Of a stretch of 64,000 nt of DNA, positions 47,384 to 55,912 are shown piece after piece. A program made the position numbers and the translations under genes. This stretch comes from an uncultured Phycisphaera sp. Its GTDB lineage: Bacteria; Planctomycetota; Phycisphaerae; Phycisphaerales; SM1A02. Location: assembly GCA_937919685.1 (NCBI GenBank), contig CALFOM010000095.1, positions 4,285 to 68,284 on the forward strand, read 5' to 3'. The notes beneath the pieces are model-generated. The model searched no databases. It saw only the letters and a program-made list of their open reading frames with translations, and was not told the origin of the DNA. Numbering within the stretch: position 1 is the first letter of the stretch; every line of letters starts with the position of its first letter.

Positions 47384-50300
47384 TGTCACTGGTTCGGGAC
47401 GGTCATCGGATCGCGACGAACCGTAGGCGGCGGATCGACTACGGCACCATCGCCACACTCGCTCTGGTGATGCTTCTGGTCTCAGGATGCGTTTTTCCTG
47501 CTTCAGAGCCCCCGCATATTGGACTTGCCACGGCAAGAGACAGCGGGCCGACGAGTGCCCAGGATCGACTTCAAAGCCGGGCGGATGCCGAACGTCTCGC
47601 GACGCCCACCATTCGCCAAGACGTTCCACTGCCACCAGGTCTGGCCTCAGCGGAGGTCATGGAATTACCGTCCATTCGTCCGCTCGAACTGATCGTCGCC
47701 GACCATCTCGACGAGCGGCATGCGAGTGTGGTTCGAGTGGTGGAACCTCGCAGCCCCGTGAATGCAGAAGCGATCCGAGCCTACGTGAGAGGTCGATCGC
47801 TGCTGGTTTCGGGACACCCGGTCGAGGCGATTTCGTTTCTTGAGTCGGCGGTCCGATCCGGCGGAGGAACGACGGGAATGCGGACGCTGGCCGAAGCGTG
47901 TGATGCCGCCGGTCGGGATTCCGATGCCATGGCGATCAGACGTCGGCTCGCGGTGCTGGGCTCGGCCTCCGACGACGATCTTCAACGGCTTTCCAAGGAA
48001 CTCGTTCGACGTCGTCGCATTCAAGAGGCAATCGCGGTCTCGGCGGCGAGGGTGCAAATGGCGCTGGACGAAAAGGACGCTCCGACTTCCGGAGAGGCGG
48101 CGGTTCGACTCGCCGAGTCCTTCGATGCGATGGGTGACTGGGCCACCGCGGCGGAACTGCGGGCCTCGCTGCTCTTCGCGGCGTCGACCGACGCCGCGGT
48201 ACTCGCCGGACTTTCCGAAACAGGATTCGCCGATCTCCACCTACTGGCAGGAGATGATGCGGCGAAAGCCGGTGATGCCATCGTCGCGGACGCTCGCTGG
48301 AGAATCGCGATGGAGCTCGGGGTGATCGATCCTGCGGTGTTGCGGCCACGTGTCCTCTGGTCTTCCGCGGTGCTGGGGAGAGAGGCCACCGTCCAGTGCC
48401 TCCTGCTCGACGCCGCAACCGCCCCGTCGGGTGGGGACCTAGAACTGGCGATCATTCTTCGCGAGCAAGGTCTTCCGATGATCGAACTTTGCCGACTCCT
48501 CGAGGGACGGCTTCGGCGCGACCCACAGGACACTGGCGCGGCCCGCATGCTGGTGCTGCTTGATCCGATCGGGATGGCGAGGCTCTTGAATGATGAGACG
48601 GCAGGGCGGACGTCGGTAGAAACGCGACTCTCGCTGGTTGACGCAGCGCTGGTCGGAGGTCCTTCCACGGCGATTCTGGTGGCAGCCGGGGTCATTGACT
48701 CGATTGAGCTTCTGGATCCGGTGGTTGACCGTCTTATCGAAGGACCGTGGACCGACCTTGAATTGCTGGAGACACTGGTCGGCGAGGAGATCGCCAGATC
48801 CGACGTCGACACGATTTTGGTACGAGCCGAGATCTTCAGGCGTCATGATCGACCGGATCTTGCTCGTTCCGTTTCGGATCAGGCGACGTCGTTGGAGCAA
48901 GACGGCCTTCGTCGGGTGCTGGCCATCAGACTCGCCGCGGATGAGATGGATCCGACATCGATTCTCGTCGTCGAAGATCGCCCTTTCAATGTTCAGGTAG
49001 AAGCCGAGCGCGTCTTGGGTCTGCTCACCGCAGGAGAGCCCGAGATTGCGGTCGAATTCGCCGAGCGTGGGGTTCGTCGATCGCCGACGTCGCCCGAGCT
49101 TCAGGCGGCATTCGGTCGCGCGCTGTCTCTGGTGCGGGGGCGAGAACTCGAAGCAGTGGAAGCCACGGCGCGAGCCATTCGGCTGGGCGATCGACGGTGG
49201 TCGACCCGGATCGACCTCGCGAGTTTCATGCGGCGGGTTCAGACGGAACTGCCGGAAGATTCGGAAGTAAAGCTCGCGATGACCGTGATCGGCGAAGATC
49301 CGGCGTTTCGGCGGTTCGTCGAGGCAGATCAAGCGTTGGCGAATGGAGATGCCGCGGCGGCAGAGCGACTACTTGACGGGATGCTCGAGAACTCAGGAGC
49401 CAAGGAAGAAGTCCTCGTTCGCATGCTTGGCATCTGGAAGTCGCTCGGCCGGAGTGCACAGGGAAAACGGCGGATCGAATCATTGCTGGCCCGGCATCCC
49501 GGGGATCCGATCCTTCTTGACGCCCGCTTCGCCCTCAGTCGAGGCCAGAGAGACCCTCGAGTATTCATCGATGAACTCCGCGCGACGGCGGCGGCGTCGA
49601 TGTCTGGACTTCCGAGTCGTCGGTTGGAGCTGCTGCTTACCGAGTCGGACGTCGATCGATCGGAGTTAGTCGATCTCATTCGGGTTCGGCTCGCCCGCCG
49701 CTCGAACACTCCTGCTCGGTCGATTGATGCATTGGGAATCGCCATTCTGCTCGGCGACTCCGAAGCGATCGATCAGGCCGTTCGTGACTGCAAGGGCATC
49801 GAGGTCGCGACGTTGACGCCACGACTTCGTCGCCGGCTCGCGTCGGTGGCCGCGGCCGTTCCGGAACGCAACGGGGCTGTGTTCGTCGAGCAGATCGCCG
49901 CTTGGAGTGCGGAGAACTCCGAGCCGGTGAATGTCGATGTCGCGGCGGCAATCGTGAGGACCATCGCCTCGAACGGGGACGCACGGCGAACCGTCGGACT
50001 CACGCCCGCACCGGCCTTCTCCTGGCTTGACTCGGACTGGCGTCCAGTTGGCCTCTTGATCTCCGAGACCGATGCCGAAGCGGGGGCCGAATTGCTGGTG
50101 TTCTCGCTCGACGCGCCGGATGCAGGGGCGCCAGCGAACGTCGGTCTGCTTCGGTCGGCGATCGCGACTGGTATCGTCGCGGGCTGGTCGGCCCAACGAA
50201 TTCAAGATCTGCTTGAACGACAGGTTACTGGCGGTGCGCTTCCGGCCGAGGCCTACGGCATGGAAACTGGCGGTCGTCTTGCCCTCGCGGGAGCGTCCGG

Positions 50301-50931
50301 TGATGCGTCACTCCTCGGCCATCGCGAACTTGCCATCGAACTTCTCAACGCTGCAGTTGCCGATTCCGATGTTGATGTGCCGACCTTGAACAACCTTGGC
50401 TTTGCGCTGCTCGAAGGCGATGCATCCGCGGTGCTTCGGGCGACGGAGTTGCTCGAGTCGGCTTATCGCCGTGATCCGACGAGTGCGAGTGTTCTTGATT
50501 CCGTCGGTTGGCTCCGCTATCTCGAGGGCCGCCACGGTCCGGAGGATCCCGACGGCGCTTTAAACCTGATCTCGCGGTCGATAGAGCGGCGCCTGGCCAC
50601 CGGCCGCGCGGTGTCTGGGGAGGTGCTTCTGCATTTCGCGGATGCGGCGTGGCGAGCCGGACGGAAGTCGGATGCCGTCAACGCTTGGAGCCGGATTACC
50701 GAACAGTCGCTGATTCGGGGTGAACTGTCCGGTCGGTTCTCCGCCTATGCCGACTATCAGAAGGAGATTTGGGGCCGGGTGTTCATTCCTCCGGAAACGA
50801 TGCACCAGAACATCGACGGCCGTTGGATCGAGGCGGCGGAACTCAGGTTGCGAGCCATCGCCGAAGACCGACCACCACCCGTCACGCCGACCTTCTCAGA
50901 GCGTGAGGCTGTGCAGAACTCTTCGGAATGA
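47383..50931 (+). CDS. large (1182 aa) TPR/helical-repeat lipoprotein
   Basis: The ATG overlaps the preceding stop (TGATG). The N-terminus IATLALVMLLVSGC has a lipobox. The rest is an Ala/Leu/Arg-rich helical repeat with TPR-like segments near the C-terminus (LNNLGFALLE..., LDSVGWLRYLEG). Confidence 0.7.
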   Translation: MSLVRDGHRIATNRRRRIDYGTIATLALVMLLVSGCVFPASEPPHIGLATARDSGPTSAQDRLQSRADAERLATPTIRQDVPLPPGLASAEVMELPSIRPLELIVADHLDERHASVVRVVEPRSPVNAEAIRAYVRGRSLLVSGHPVEAISFLESAVRSGGGTTGMRTLAEACDAAGRDSDAMAIRRRLAVLGSASDDDLQRLSKELVRRRRIQEAIAVSAARVQMALDEKDAPTSGEAAVRLAESFDAMGDWATAAELRASLLFAASTDAAVLAGLSETGFADLHLLAGDDAAKAGDAIVADARWRIAMELGVIDPAVLRPRVLWSSAVLGREATVQCLLLDAATAPSGGDLELAIILREQGLPMIELCRLLEGRLRRDPQDTGAARMLVLLDPIGMARLLNDETAGRTSVETRLSLVDAALVGGPSTAILVAAGVIDSIELLDPVVDRLIEGPWTDLELLETLVGEEIARSDVDTILVRAEIFRRHDRPDLARSVSDQATSLEQDGLRRVLAIRLAADEMDPTSILVVEDRPFNVQVEAERVLGLLTAGEPEIAVEFAERGVRRSPTSPELQAAFGRALSLVRGRELEAVEATARAIRLGDRRWSTRIDLASFMRRVQTELPEDSEVKLAMTVIGEDPAFRRFVEADQALANGDAAAAERLLDGMLENSGAKEEVLVRMLGIWKSLGRSAQGKRRIESLLARHPGDPILLDARFALSRGQRDPRVFIDELRATAAASMSGLPSRRLELLLTESDVDRSELVDLIRVRLARRSNTPARSIDALGIAILLGDSEAIDQAVRDCKGIEVATLTPRLRRRLASVAAAVPERNGAVFVEQIAAWSAENSEPVNVDVAAAIVRTIASNGDARRTVGLTPAPAFSWLDSDWRPVGLLISETDAEAGAELLVFSLDAPDAGAPANVGLLRSAIATGIVAGWSAQRIQDLLERQVTGGALPAEAYGMETGGRLALAGASGDASLLGHRELAIELLNAAVADSDVDVPTLNNLGFALLEGDASAVLRATELLESAYRRDPTSASVLDSVGWLRYLEGRHGPEDPDGALNLISRSIERRLATGRAVSGEVLLHFADAAWRAGRKSDAVNAWSRITEQSLIRGELSGRFSAYADYQKEIWGRVFIPPETMHQNIDGRWIEAAELRLRAIAEDRPPPVTPTFSEREAVQNSSE

Positions 50932-51004
50932 AGCACAATGAAAGCGGATCCCGGCGTCGTACCCGGAGACCAGAGACGCCGAAGGCAATTTCGAGGACAT
51001 CAAG

Positions 51005-51742
51005 ATGGCCGGTCACAGCAAATGGGCCAATATCAAGCACCGGAAGGCCCGGGTCGATTCGAAGCGAAGCAAGCAATGGAGCAATTGCAGCCGAGCCGTC
51101 GTCGTGGCGGCCAGAGATGGAGGGGGTGACCCGAAGTTCAACACGACGCTTCGATATGCGATCGAGGATGCCAAGGCGGCGAACATGCCCAAGGAAACGA
51201 TTGAAAAGGCGATCAAGAAAGGGTCCGGTGAACTCGACGGCGAGATCTACGAGCCCGCCAGATACGAGGGATATGGTCCGGGCGGAATCGCAATCATCGC
51301 AGACTGTCTTCAGTGCAATTCCAACAAGACCGCGCCGGAGATCCGCGCGATTTTCGCGAAGGGAGGGGGCAACCTCGGTACTCCCAACTCCGTCTCATTC
51401 GGATTCACGCACGAAGGCATTATCTTGATCGCCGCGGCCAATGCGGAGGAAGATTCGGTGATCGAAGCCGCACTCGAGGCCGGAGCCAAGGACGTCGAGA
51501 CGGAGGATGGGCTCATCTCCGTCACGACCGATCCGTCTGGATTCCTGGACGTCAAGGACGCCCTGACGGCGGCGGGATTCGAGCTGGAACAGGCGGAAAT
51601 CACCTTCACGCCCGAAACCACGGTCTCCCTGACGGTCGAAAAGGCAAGGAGTTTCCTCCGGTTTATCGAAACCTTGGAGGATCAGGATGACGTCCAGAAC
51701 GTCTATCACAACGCCGAGATTCCGGACGAGGCGTACGATTGA
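51005..51742 (+). CDS. yebC: YebC/PmpR-family DNA-binding transcriptional regulator
   Basis: MAGHSKWANIKHRKARVDSKRSK...DPKFNTTLRYAIEDAKAANMPKETIEKAIKKG is near-consensus. Confidence 0.92.
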   Translation: MAGHSKWANIKHRKARVDSKRSKQWSNCSRAVVVAARDGGGDPKFNTTLRYAIEDAKAANMPKETIEKAIKKGSGELDGEIYEPARYEGYGPGGIAIIADCLQCNSNKTAPEIRAIFAKGGGNLGTPNSVSFGFTHEGIILIAAANAEEDSVIEAALEAGAKDVETEDGLISVTTDPSGFLDVKDALTAAGFELEQAEITFTPETTVSLTVEKARSFLRFIETLEDQDDVQNVYHNAEIPDEAYD

Positions 51743-52080
51743 ACCAGCGTTCGGTCGGACTCCACGGCAATCTGCGTCGGGAGTGGGTCGAGATTTCGGG
51801 CCGAGTGCAGGGCGTTGGATTTCGAGCATTTGTGGTCGATTTCGCATCGATTCGGCCGGTGGCGGGCTGGGTTCGCAACGAGCCGGGAGGCACGGTTCTG
51901 ATGCTGCTGGAGGCCCTAGAAAGGGACCTGGATGCCTTCATCGAGGCGATTTCTCTGGAACGCAACGGCGATATCACTCAGGTTCAGCGAAGAGAGGTGC
52001 AGGCGATGGACCTCGAAAAAGGCCCTTCAGGACCTCTCACAGGCTTCTCCGTCAAGTTCGACCGCCTTCCGGGCCGATGA
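51739..52080 (+). CDS. acylphosphatase
   Basis: VEISGRVQGVGFRAFV and GWVRNEPGGTV motifs. It has only a TTG start, overlapping the yebC stop (TTGA). Confidence 0.7.
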   Translation: MNQRSVGLHGNLRREWVEISGRVQGVGFRAFVVDFASIRPVAGWVRNEPGGTVLMLLEALERDLDAFIEAISLERNGDITQVQRREVQAMDLEKGPSGPLTGFSVKFDRLPGR

Positions 52081-52129
52081 GGGACGTGCGGGGCCAGATT
52101 CCGGACCCCACCGAAGGACTTCGATCGAC

Positions 52130-52669
52130 ATGCACTCAATCCGAATCACGCTCTTTCTCACCGTCGGCCTGCTCTTCGCCGGCTGTAGCAGTCGGACTGC
52201 GACGTTTCCCGGTTTCAGCGACCCTGAAGTATGGAACGCGATGGTGACGGTCGCGAAGAACCCCGAATACAACGACTGGTTCGTGTTCGAGAACGAGGTT
52301 TGGACGGATCGACCATCCGGGGAGATCGAAGTTCATCGTTTCCTCCGCCGCGATCTCGTCCGAGTTGGGCAGGATCCCGAACGGCAGGAAGAACGATGGA
52401 AGTTCCAGATCGCCTTCCAGCACACGGATCCGCCGACCATCATGTTCTCCGCGCGACAGGTCAAGGTGCCCGCGCATCTCTGGCGCGAGGCCGACCGTTA
52501 CTTCGCAGACATGCGAAGCATCCTCGGTATCGACCCCGAAGCCGGAACCGAAGAGATCGAAATCATCGATCTGGAGATCACCGAGGTCGAAGTCGATCCG
52601 GCGGACGCAGAGGCCTCCGGTGATGCGGTGGAAGTCGACCTTGAGTTCATCGAGTTGGACGGTCGCTGA
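52130..52669 (+). CDS. hypothetical lipoprotein with an acidic C-terminal tail
   Basis: This is the internal ATG of ORF 51932..52669. The start is MHSIRITLFLTVGLLFAGC (lipobox). No family recognised. Confidence 0.6.
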   Translation: MHSIRITLFLTVGLLFAGCSSRTATFPGFSDPEVWNAMVTVAKNPEYNDWFVFENEVWTDRPSGEIEVHRFLRRDLVRVGQDPERQEERWKFQIAFQHTDPPTIMFSARQVKVPAHLWREADRYFADMRSILGIDPEAGTEEIEIIDLEITEVEVDPADAEASGDAVEVDLEFIELDGR

Positions 52670-52851
52670 GCCACTCCGAGGATACGGTCATCGCCACATC
52701 GTCAAACCGCCCAGACGAGCCGGTCGCTTCCGCCGAGTCGTCTCCGAACGTCATTCCAGCGTTAGATGCTTCCGAGCGACGTGAACTCCGTCCGATCGGG
52801 ATCCTTGCAGTCTGTTGGGTCCTGCTTCCTGCGGCGGGAGGATTCATCCTT

Positions 52852-53514
52852 TTGGCGAATCTGGGGGCTGCTTCCGATGCGCTCGATGCCATCAGGACGT
52901 CCTTTGGAATCATCGCCGCACTGCTGATCTTCGCAGCGTTCTTCGCAAGCACCTCAGGTCTTGGACTGCTACCGACCTATGCCCAGGCCATTCTCGCCGG
53001 CTGGGCCTTCGGAACGACGCTCGGAACTGCGGGCGCCATCTTGGGAATCCTGTTCGGCGCCGCGCTCGGCTTCGGATTGGCAAGGTTGATCTCCGGACCG
53101 GCGATCGAGGGAATCATCAGCAAAAGACCGGTGGTGGCGGCGGTCCGAAGCGCGGTGATCGGAAGCGGTTTTCTGCGGGCCACCTACATCGTCGGGCTGC
53201 TTCGCCTGAGTCCCAACAGTCCCTTCGCATTGTCGAATCTAGCGCTCGGCGGCGCCCGCACTCCGGCGGCGGCCTACTTACTCGGAACGATGCTTGGCAT
53301 GCTTCCCCGAACCGCGGTCGCGGCCGGAATCGCCGCTGCTGCTGCGGCCGATGGAAGTGAGGGGCTCTCCGAGGTCGTGGCACAGAAAGGCTGGCTGATG
53401 ACCATCTCGGGCGTTCTCGTACTCGTGGCCGCGATCATGATCATCGGGGCCATCGGCAAGCGGGCGTTGAAGCGGGCACTCAAGGATCAGGCGGACGCTG
53501 CGGCGTCGAGTTGA
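52852..53514 (+). CDS. TVP38/TMEM64 (DedA-related) family membrane protein; the true start is probably upstream
   Basis: LLPTYAQAILAGWAFG...LRLSPNSPFALSNLALG...MLGMLPRT match the family pattern. The first canonical start is the TTG at 52852, but the frame is open from 52645 and encodes a further TM helix. Confidence 0.72.
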   Translation: MANLGAASDALDAIRTSFGIIAALLIFAAFFASTSGLGLLPTYAQAILAGWAFGTTLGTAGAILGILFGAALGFGLARLISGPAIEGIISKRPVVAAVRSAVIGSGFLRATYIVGLLRLSPNSPFALSNLALGGARTPAAAYLLGTMLGMLPRTAVAAGIAAAAAADGSEGLSEVVAQKGWLMTISGVLVLVAAIMIIGAIGKRALKRALKDQADAAASS

Positions 53515-53873
53515 CGTCTGAGCCTTCGCTGGAGTACCCCACCGGGACCTTGTTCCCGTGACAGTTCCAACAATCGCGTCGCTTCAAGAAGGTCCGCTCG
53601 CGAGGACTCGACGCTTCGCGACCGCAGACTCGCGCGGTAGGCCAGGCAGAGTCCGACTTCGGCGGTCAGTTCCGAGTCGCGAGTCTCGATCTCGAGGATG
53701 GCGCGGCCGATCGCAATTGTCTTGTCGAGACGTCGAAGGATATCGGTGTCCTCGCTCGGCACGCGTCCCGTCTCGATCATCTCAGCACGAGTGGCGATGG
53801 CGACTTCTGTCAGGTACCGGTCAGCCCGGATCGCGAGTCGCGGCATCGTCGCGGCAAACAAGCGAAGGAACAC
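53487..53873 (-). CDS. hypothetical helical protein
   Basis: The ORF has a GTG at 53873 and an ATG (MPRLAIRADRYL) at 53846. Composition is helical Arg/Leu/Glu-rich. It converges on and overlaps the TVP38 gene end by 28 nt. No family recognised. Confidence 0.4.
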   Translation of the reverse strand: MFLRLFAATMPRLAIRADRYLTEVAIATRAEMIETGRVPSEDTDILRRLDKTIAIGRAILEIETRDSELTAEVGLCLAYRASLRSRSVESSRADLLEATRLLELSREQGPGGVLQRRLRRQLDAAASA

Positions 53874-53885
53874 CTTAAACGGGCG

Positions 53886-54224
53886 TCAGCGCTGTGGTCT
53901 GAATCTCGGTGGGATCGTGGGCGGGGTCGATGGTCGCGTCCAAGGCGCGGAACGTTCGTCGAGGAGAGTCTTCAAATCCTCATGGAGTGTTTCGTGCTCG
54001 CCGCACTCGGTGCGAACGAACGTCGGTCGTTCGTGCTCAGGGAAGTCCATCGCCGCGAGCAAGGCTGGCGGACGCGCCGGGCACGCGAGCCAAGATGACC
54101 GGCCTGCAGGGACGTTCTTGATGTTTCCGACATGGCATCCGTGGTTCAGAGACCGGCCGCAGCCATGGCCCTCCGCGCCGGAGTGGTTGGACTTGTCCGC
54201 CGCTGGCGTCGTTGAAAAAAACAC
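53886..54224 (-). CDS. candidate Cys/His-rich small protein
   Basis: The ORF starts at GTG. It has HSGAEGHGCGRSLNHGCH and TECGEHETLHEDLKTLLDE. The last roughly 20 codons look off-frame (PSTPPTIPPRFRPQR). Coding status is uncertain. Confidence 0.25.
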   Translation of the reverse strand: MFFSTTPAADKSNHSGAEGHGCGRSLNHGCHVGNIKNVPAGRSSWLACPARPPALLAAMDFPEHERPTFVRTECGEHETLHEDLKTLLDERSAPWTRPSTPPTIPPRFRPQR

Positions 54225-54318
54225 ATTCGAAACCGACTCAACACAGTTGCCTCAAGTGAACAAAAATCGCCTCTCGCCAACAAGGGCGGAAGCGGTTGTT
54301 TCGTTCAAGAGACCGCAA

Positions 54319-54948
54319 TCACGCGCCGCCGCCAGCCTTGATGGCGGCAAGTCGAACGGCCTCTCCGGTTCGAGAGGCGTTGATCACGGGTTGCGGCATG
54401 GCCCCCAGAGGCTCAAAGAGCAATCCGAGGTCGCCTCCGTTGGCAGATGCCGTCACCGTTTAGGTCGCTGCTCTCGGTGCCCCAGTCCGCCAAGAGAATT
54501 CCGAGGTCACCACCGTTCACGCCGCCATCACCGTTGAAGTCGCCAGGACACGGATTGACCACCACGATTGCCGGCAGGAAGGACGTGTCGGACTGGTCTT
54601 CGAAAATGGTGTTGATCTGTATGACCTTGACCCAGAGATCACTCCCGATCCTGATCGAGGTCGGAACCGTCCAGGCGTAGGTGTGCATCGCGCCCAACTC
54701 GATGTCGCCCCGGGGGAAGGTCGACGGTGATCGGAATGAAGATCCCATTGGACCCCGTCGTGCTGTATGTCATAGATCTCCCACCTCAGAGTCTTGTGGC
54801 TCTGGCCGATCTCCCATTCGATCGCGAACGAACCACCTGAAGGCAGTTCTTCACCACCGTTTGGCGATCGGAGGAAGATGTGCGCCGTGGCGCTCGCGGT
54901 GAATATCGCTGCGGCAAGACACGCGAGGGTGGTGGGGATCAATCTCAT
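54319..54948 (-). pseudogene. frameshifted secreted protein: signal peptide, Kre9/KNH-like Ig-type domain, two dockerin-like DxNGDG repeats
   Basis: ORFs 54517..54948 and 54413..54748 are successive pieces of one reading. A short third-frame segment (GIFIPITVDLPPG) lies between them. A further shift after DLNGDGI restores ANGGDLGLLF...AIKAGGGA-stop at 54319. Confidence 0.55.
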
Positions 54949-55148
54949 CGGACGGTCTCCGGTCCTTTTGAGGGTTCGGCGGCGTATCGATCAGCGGCCG
55001 ATACTCGAATTGGGGCGATCTTCGATACAAGCCATCGTCTGGTCTTGAGAAGCAGCGATTGCGTTCTTCTTCGATGATGACGGGCTTGGGACCTGATTGG
55101 ACGTTACGGCGGTGCAGCGGTCGGTCATCTCTTGGGATGAGTGAACAG

Positions 55149-55373
55149 TCAGAACGTCCATGGGCCCTTCAGAGAGAGAAGAAGGCCGGAATCCTGGGAA
55201 TCTACGATTCGATCTCCCAAAGGGTCCTGTGGGCAGTCGCCGCACGGGCACCAGGCACTCATCATGATTCCGATGTCGTATCCATTCGCGATGCCGTCGC
55301 CGTTGAAGTCGGCCTGCTCGGTGAGCCTCGATTCGAGGCCATTTTGAACGAAGCGGATTCCCAACTCCATCAA
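55149..55373 (-). pseudogene. stand-alone fragment with two dockerin-like repeats (probable gene remnant)
   Basis: ADFNGDGIANGYDIGIMMSAW and GDRIVDSQDSGLLLSLKGPW. There is no signal peptide, no upstream domain and no SD. It sits in a roughly 960-bp stretch without convincing coding. Confidence 0.35.
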
Positions 55374-55500
55374 AGACCGTGTAGATCCGGAATTACCTTC
55401 CGGGGCATTGGCGAAAGGAGTCGGTCTGTGGGGTGATGAACGGCGATTGACGCCTGCTTCCGGGGAGTTGGTCAGGCCTGATCAGCCTATCAACGCCGCC

Positions 55501-55530
55501 GAAAAAAATACCCCCGGCCGGAGCCGGGGG
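55501..55530 (-). terminator. intrinsic terminator on the minus strand with no annotated gene upstream of it
   Basis: 8-bp GC stem CCCCCGGC/GCCGGGGG with a 4-nt loop (55511-55530). On the minus strand TATTTTTTTC follows immediately (complement of 55501-55510). Confidence 0.6.
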
Positions 55531-55912
55531 CGGAGGGAGGGAAAAGGGCTGATTGAAGCCGACTCGAACCGGAAGGGAATCCAGATCGAACCGGAGGAGC
55601 CAGCGCCTCAGATTGACTGAAGCACTGAATTGGTGGGTTTCGGAATACCTGATTCGAAGAACAGGCCGACCGATCACCATCTCTCCTTCACGATGCTCGG
55701 ACGCATCGCTGTCCTGAATATCGCACATCGCCGATCGAAAGCAAGGAAAAGGTGCTCGGAAATGGGTTTTTTTCGGTCTTGGCGTCATGATTCACACCAT
55801 TTGGTTCGATTCTCTACCGGCCACACACCCGCTCTGGGCCGTCGCTGAAGGCCTGATTGCAGGTCGGGGTGCTACAATTTCGAGTTCCGTTTTCCTCTCA
55901 CAGGAGCATTCC

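Noticed and set aside
48021-49332. Minus-strand ORFs of 263 aa and 297 aa
   Set aside because: They are antisense to the 1182-aa TPR lipoprotein gene, which forms one continuous helical-repeat reading coupled to the upstream gene.
53698-54537. 279-aa plus-strand ORF spanning the uncertain 53874-54412 region
   Set aside because: Composition is extremely Arg/Ser/Gly-rich. It runs antisense to both the helical ORF and the dockerin-repeat pseudogene. It has no start context or motifs.
55393-55470. CCCCGGAAGCAGGCG on the minus strand, resembling the SRP RNA domain IV GGAA tetraloop region
   Set aside because: The flanking bases do not form the helix 8 pairing. The conserved GGAAGGAAGCAGCC spacing is absent.
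55561-55610. Two GGTTCGA(T/G)(C/T) T-loop-like motifs on the minus strand, and a plus-strand GGGCTGATTG stretch reminiscent of a tmRNA 5' end
   Set aside because: I could not fold a 5-bp T-stem around either motif, and no acceptor stem or CCA context was found. The plus-strand GGTTCGATTC at 55802 likewise has no complementary stem. They are not supportable as tRNA or tmRNA.
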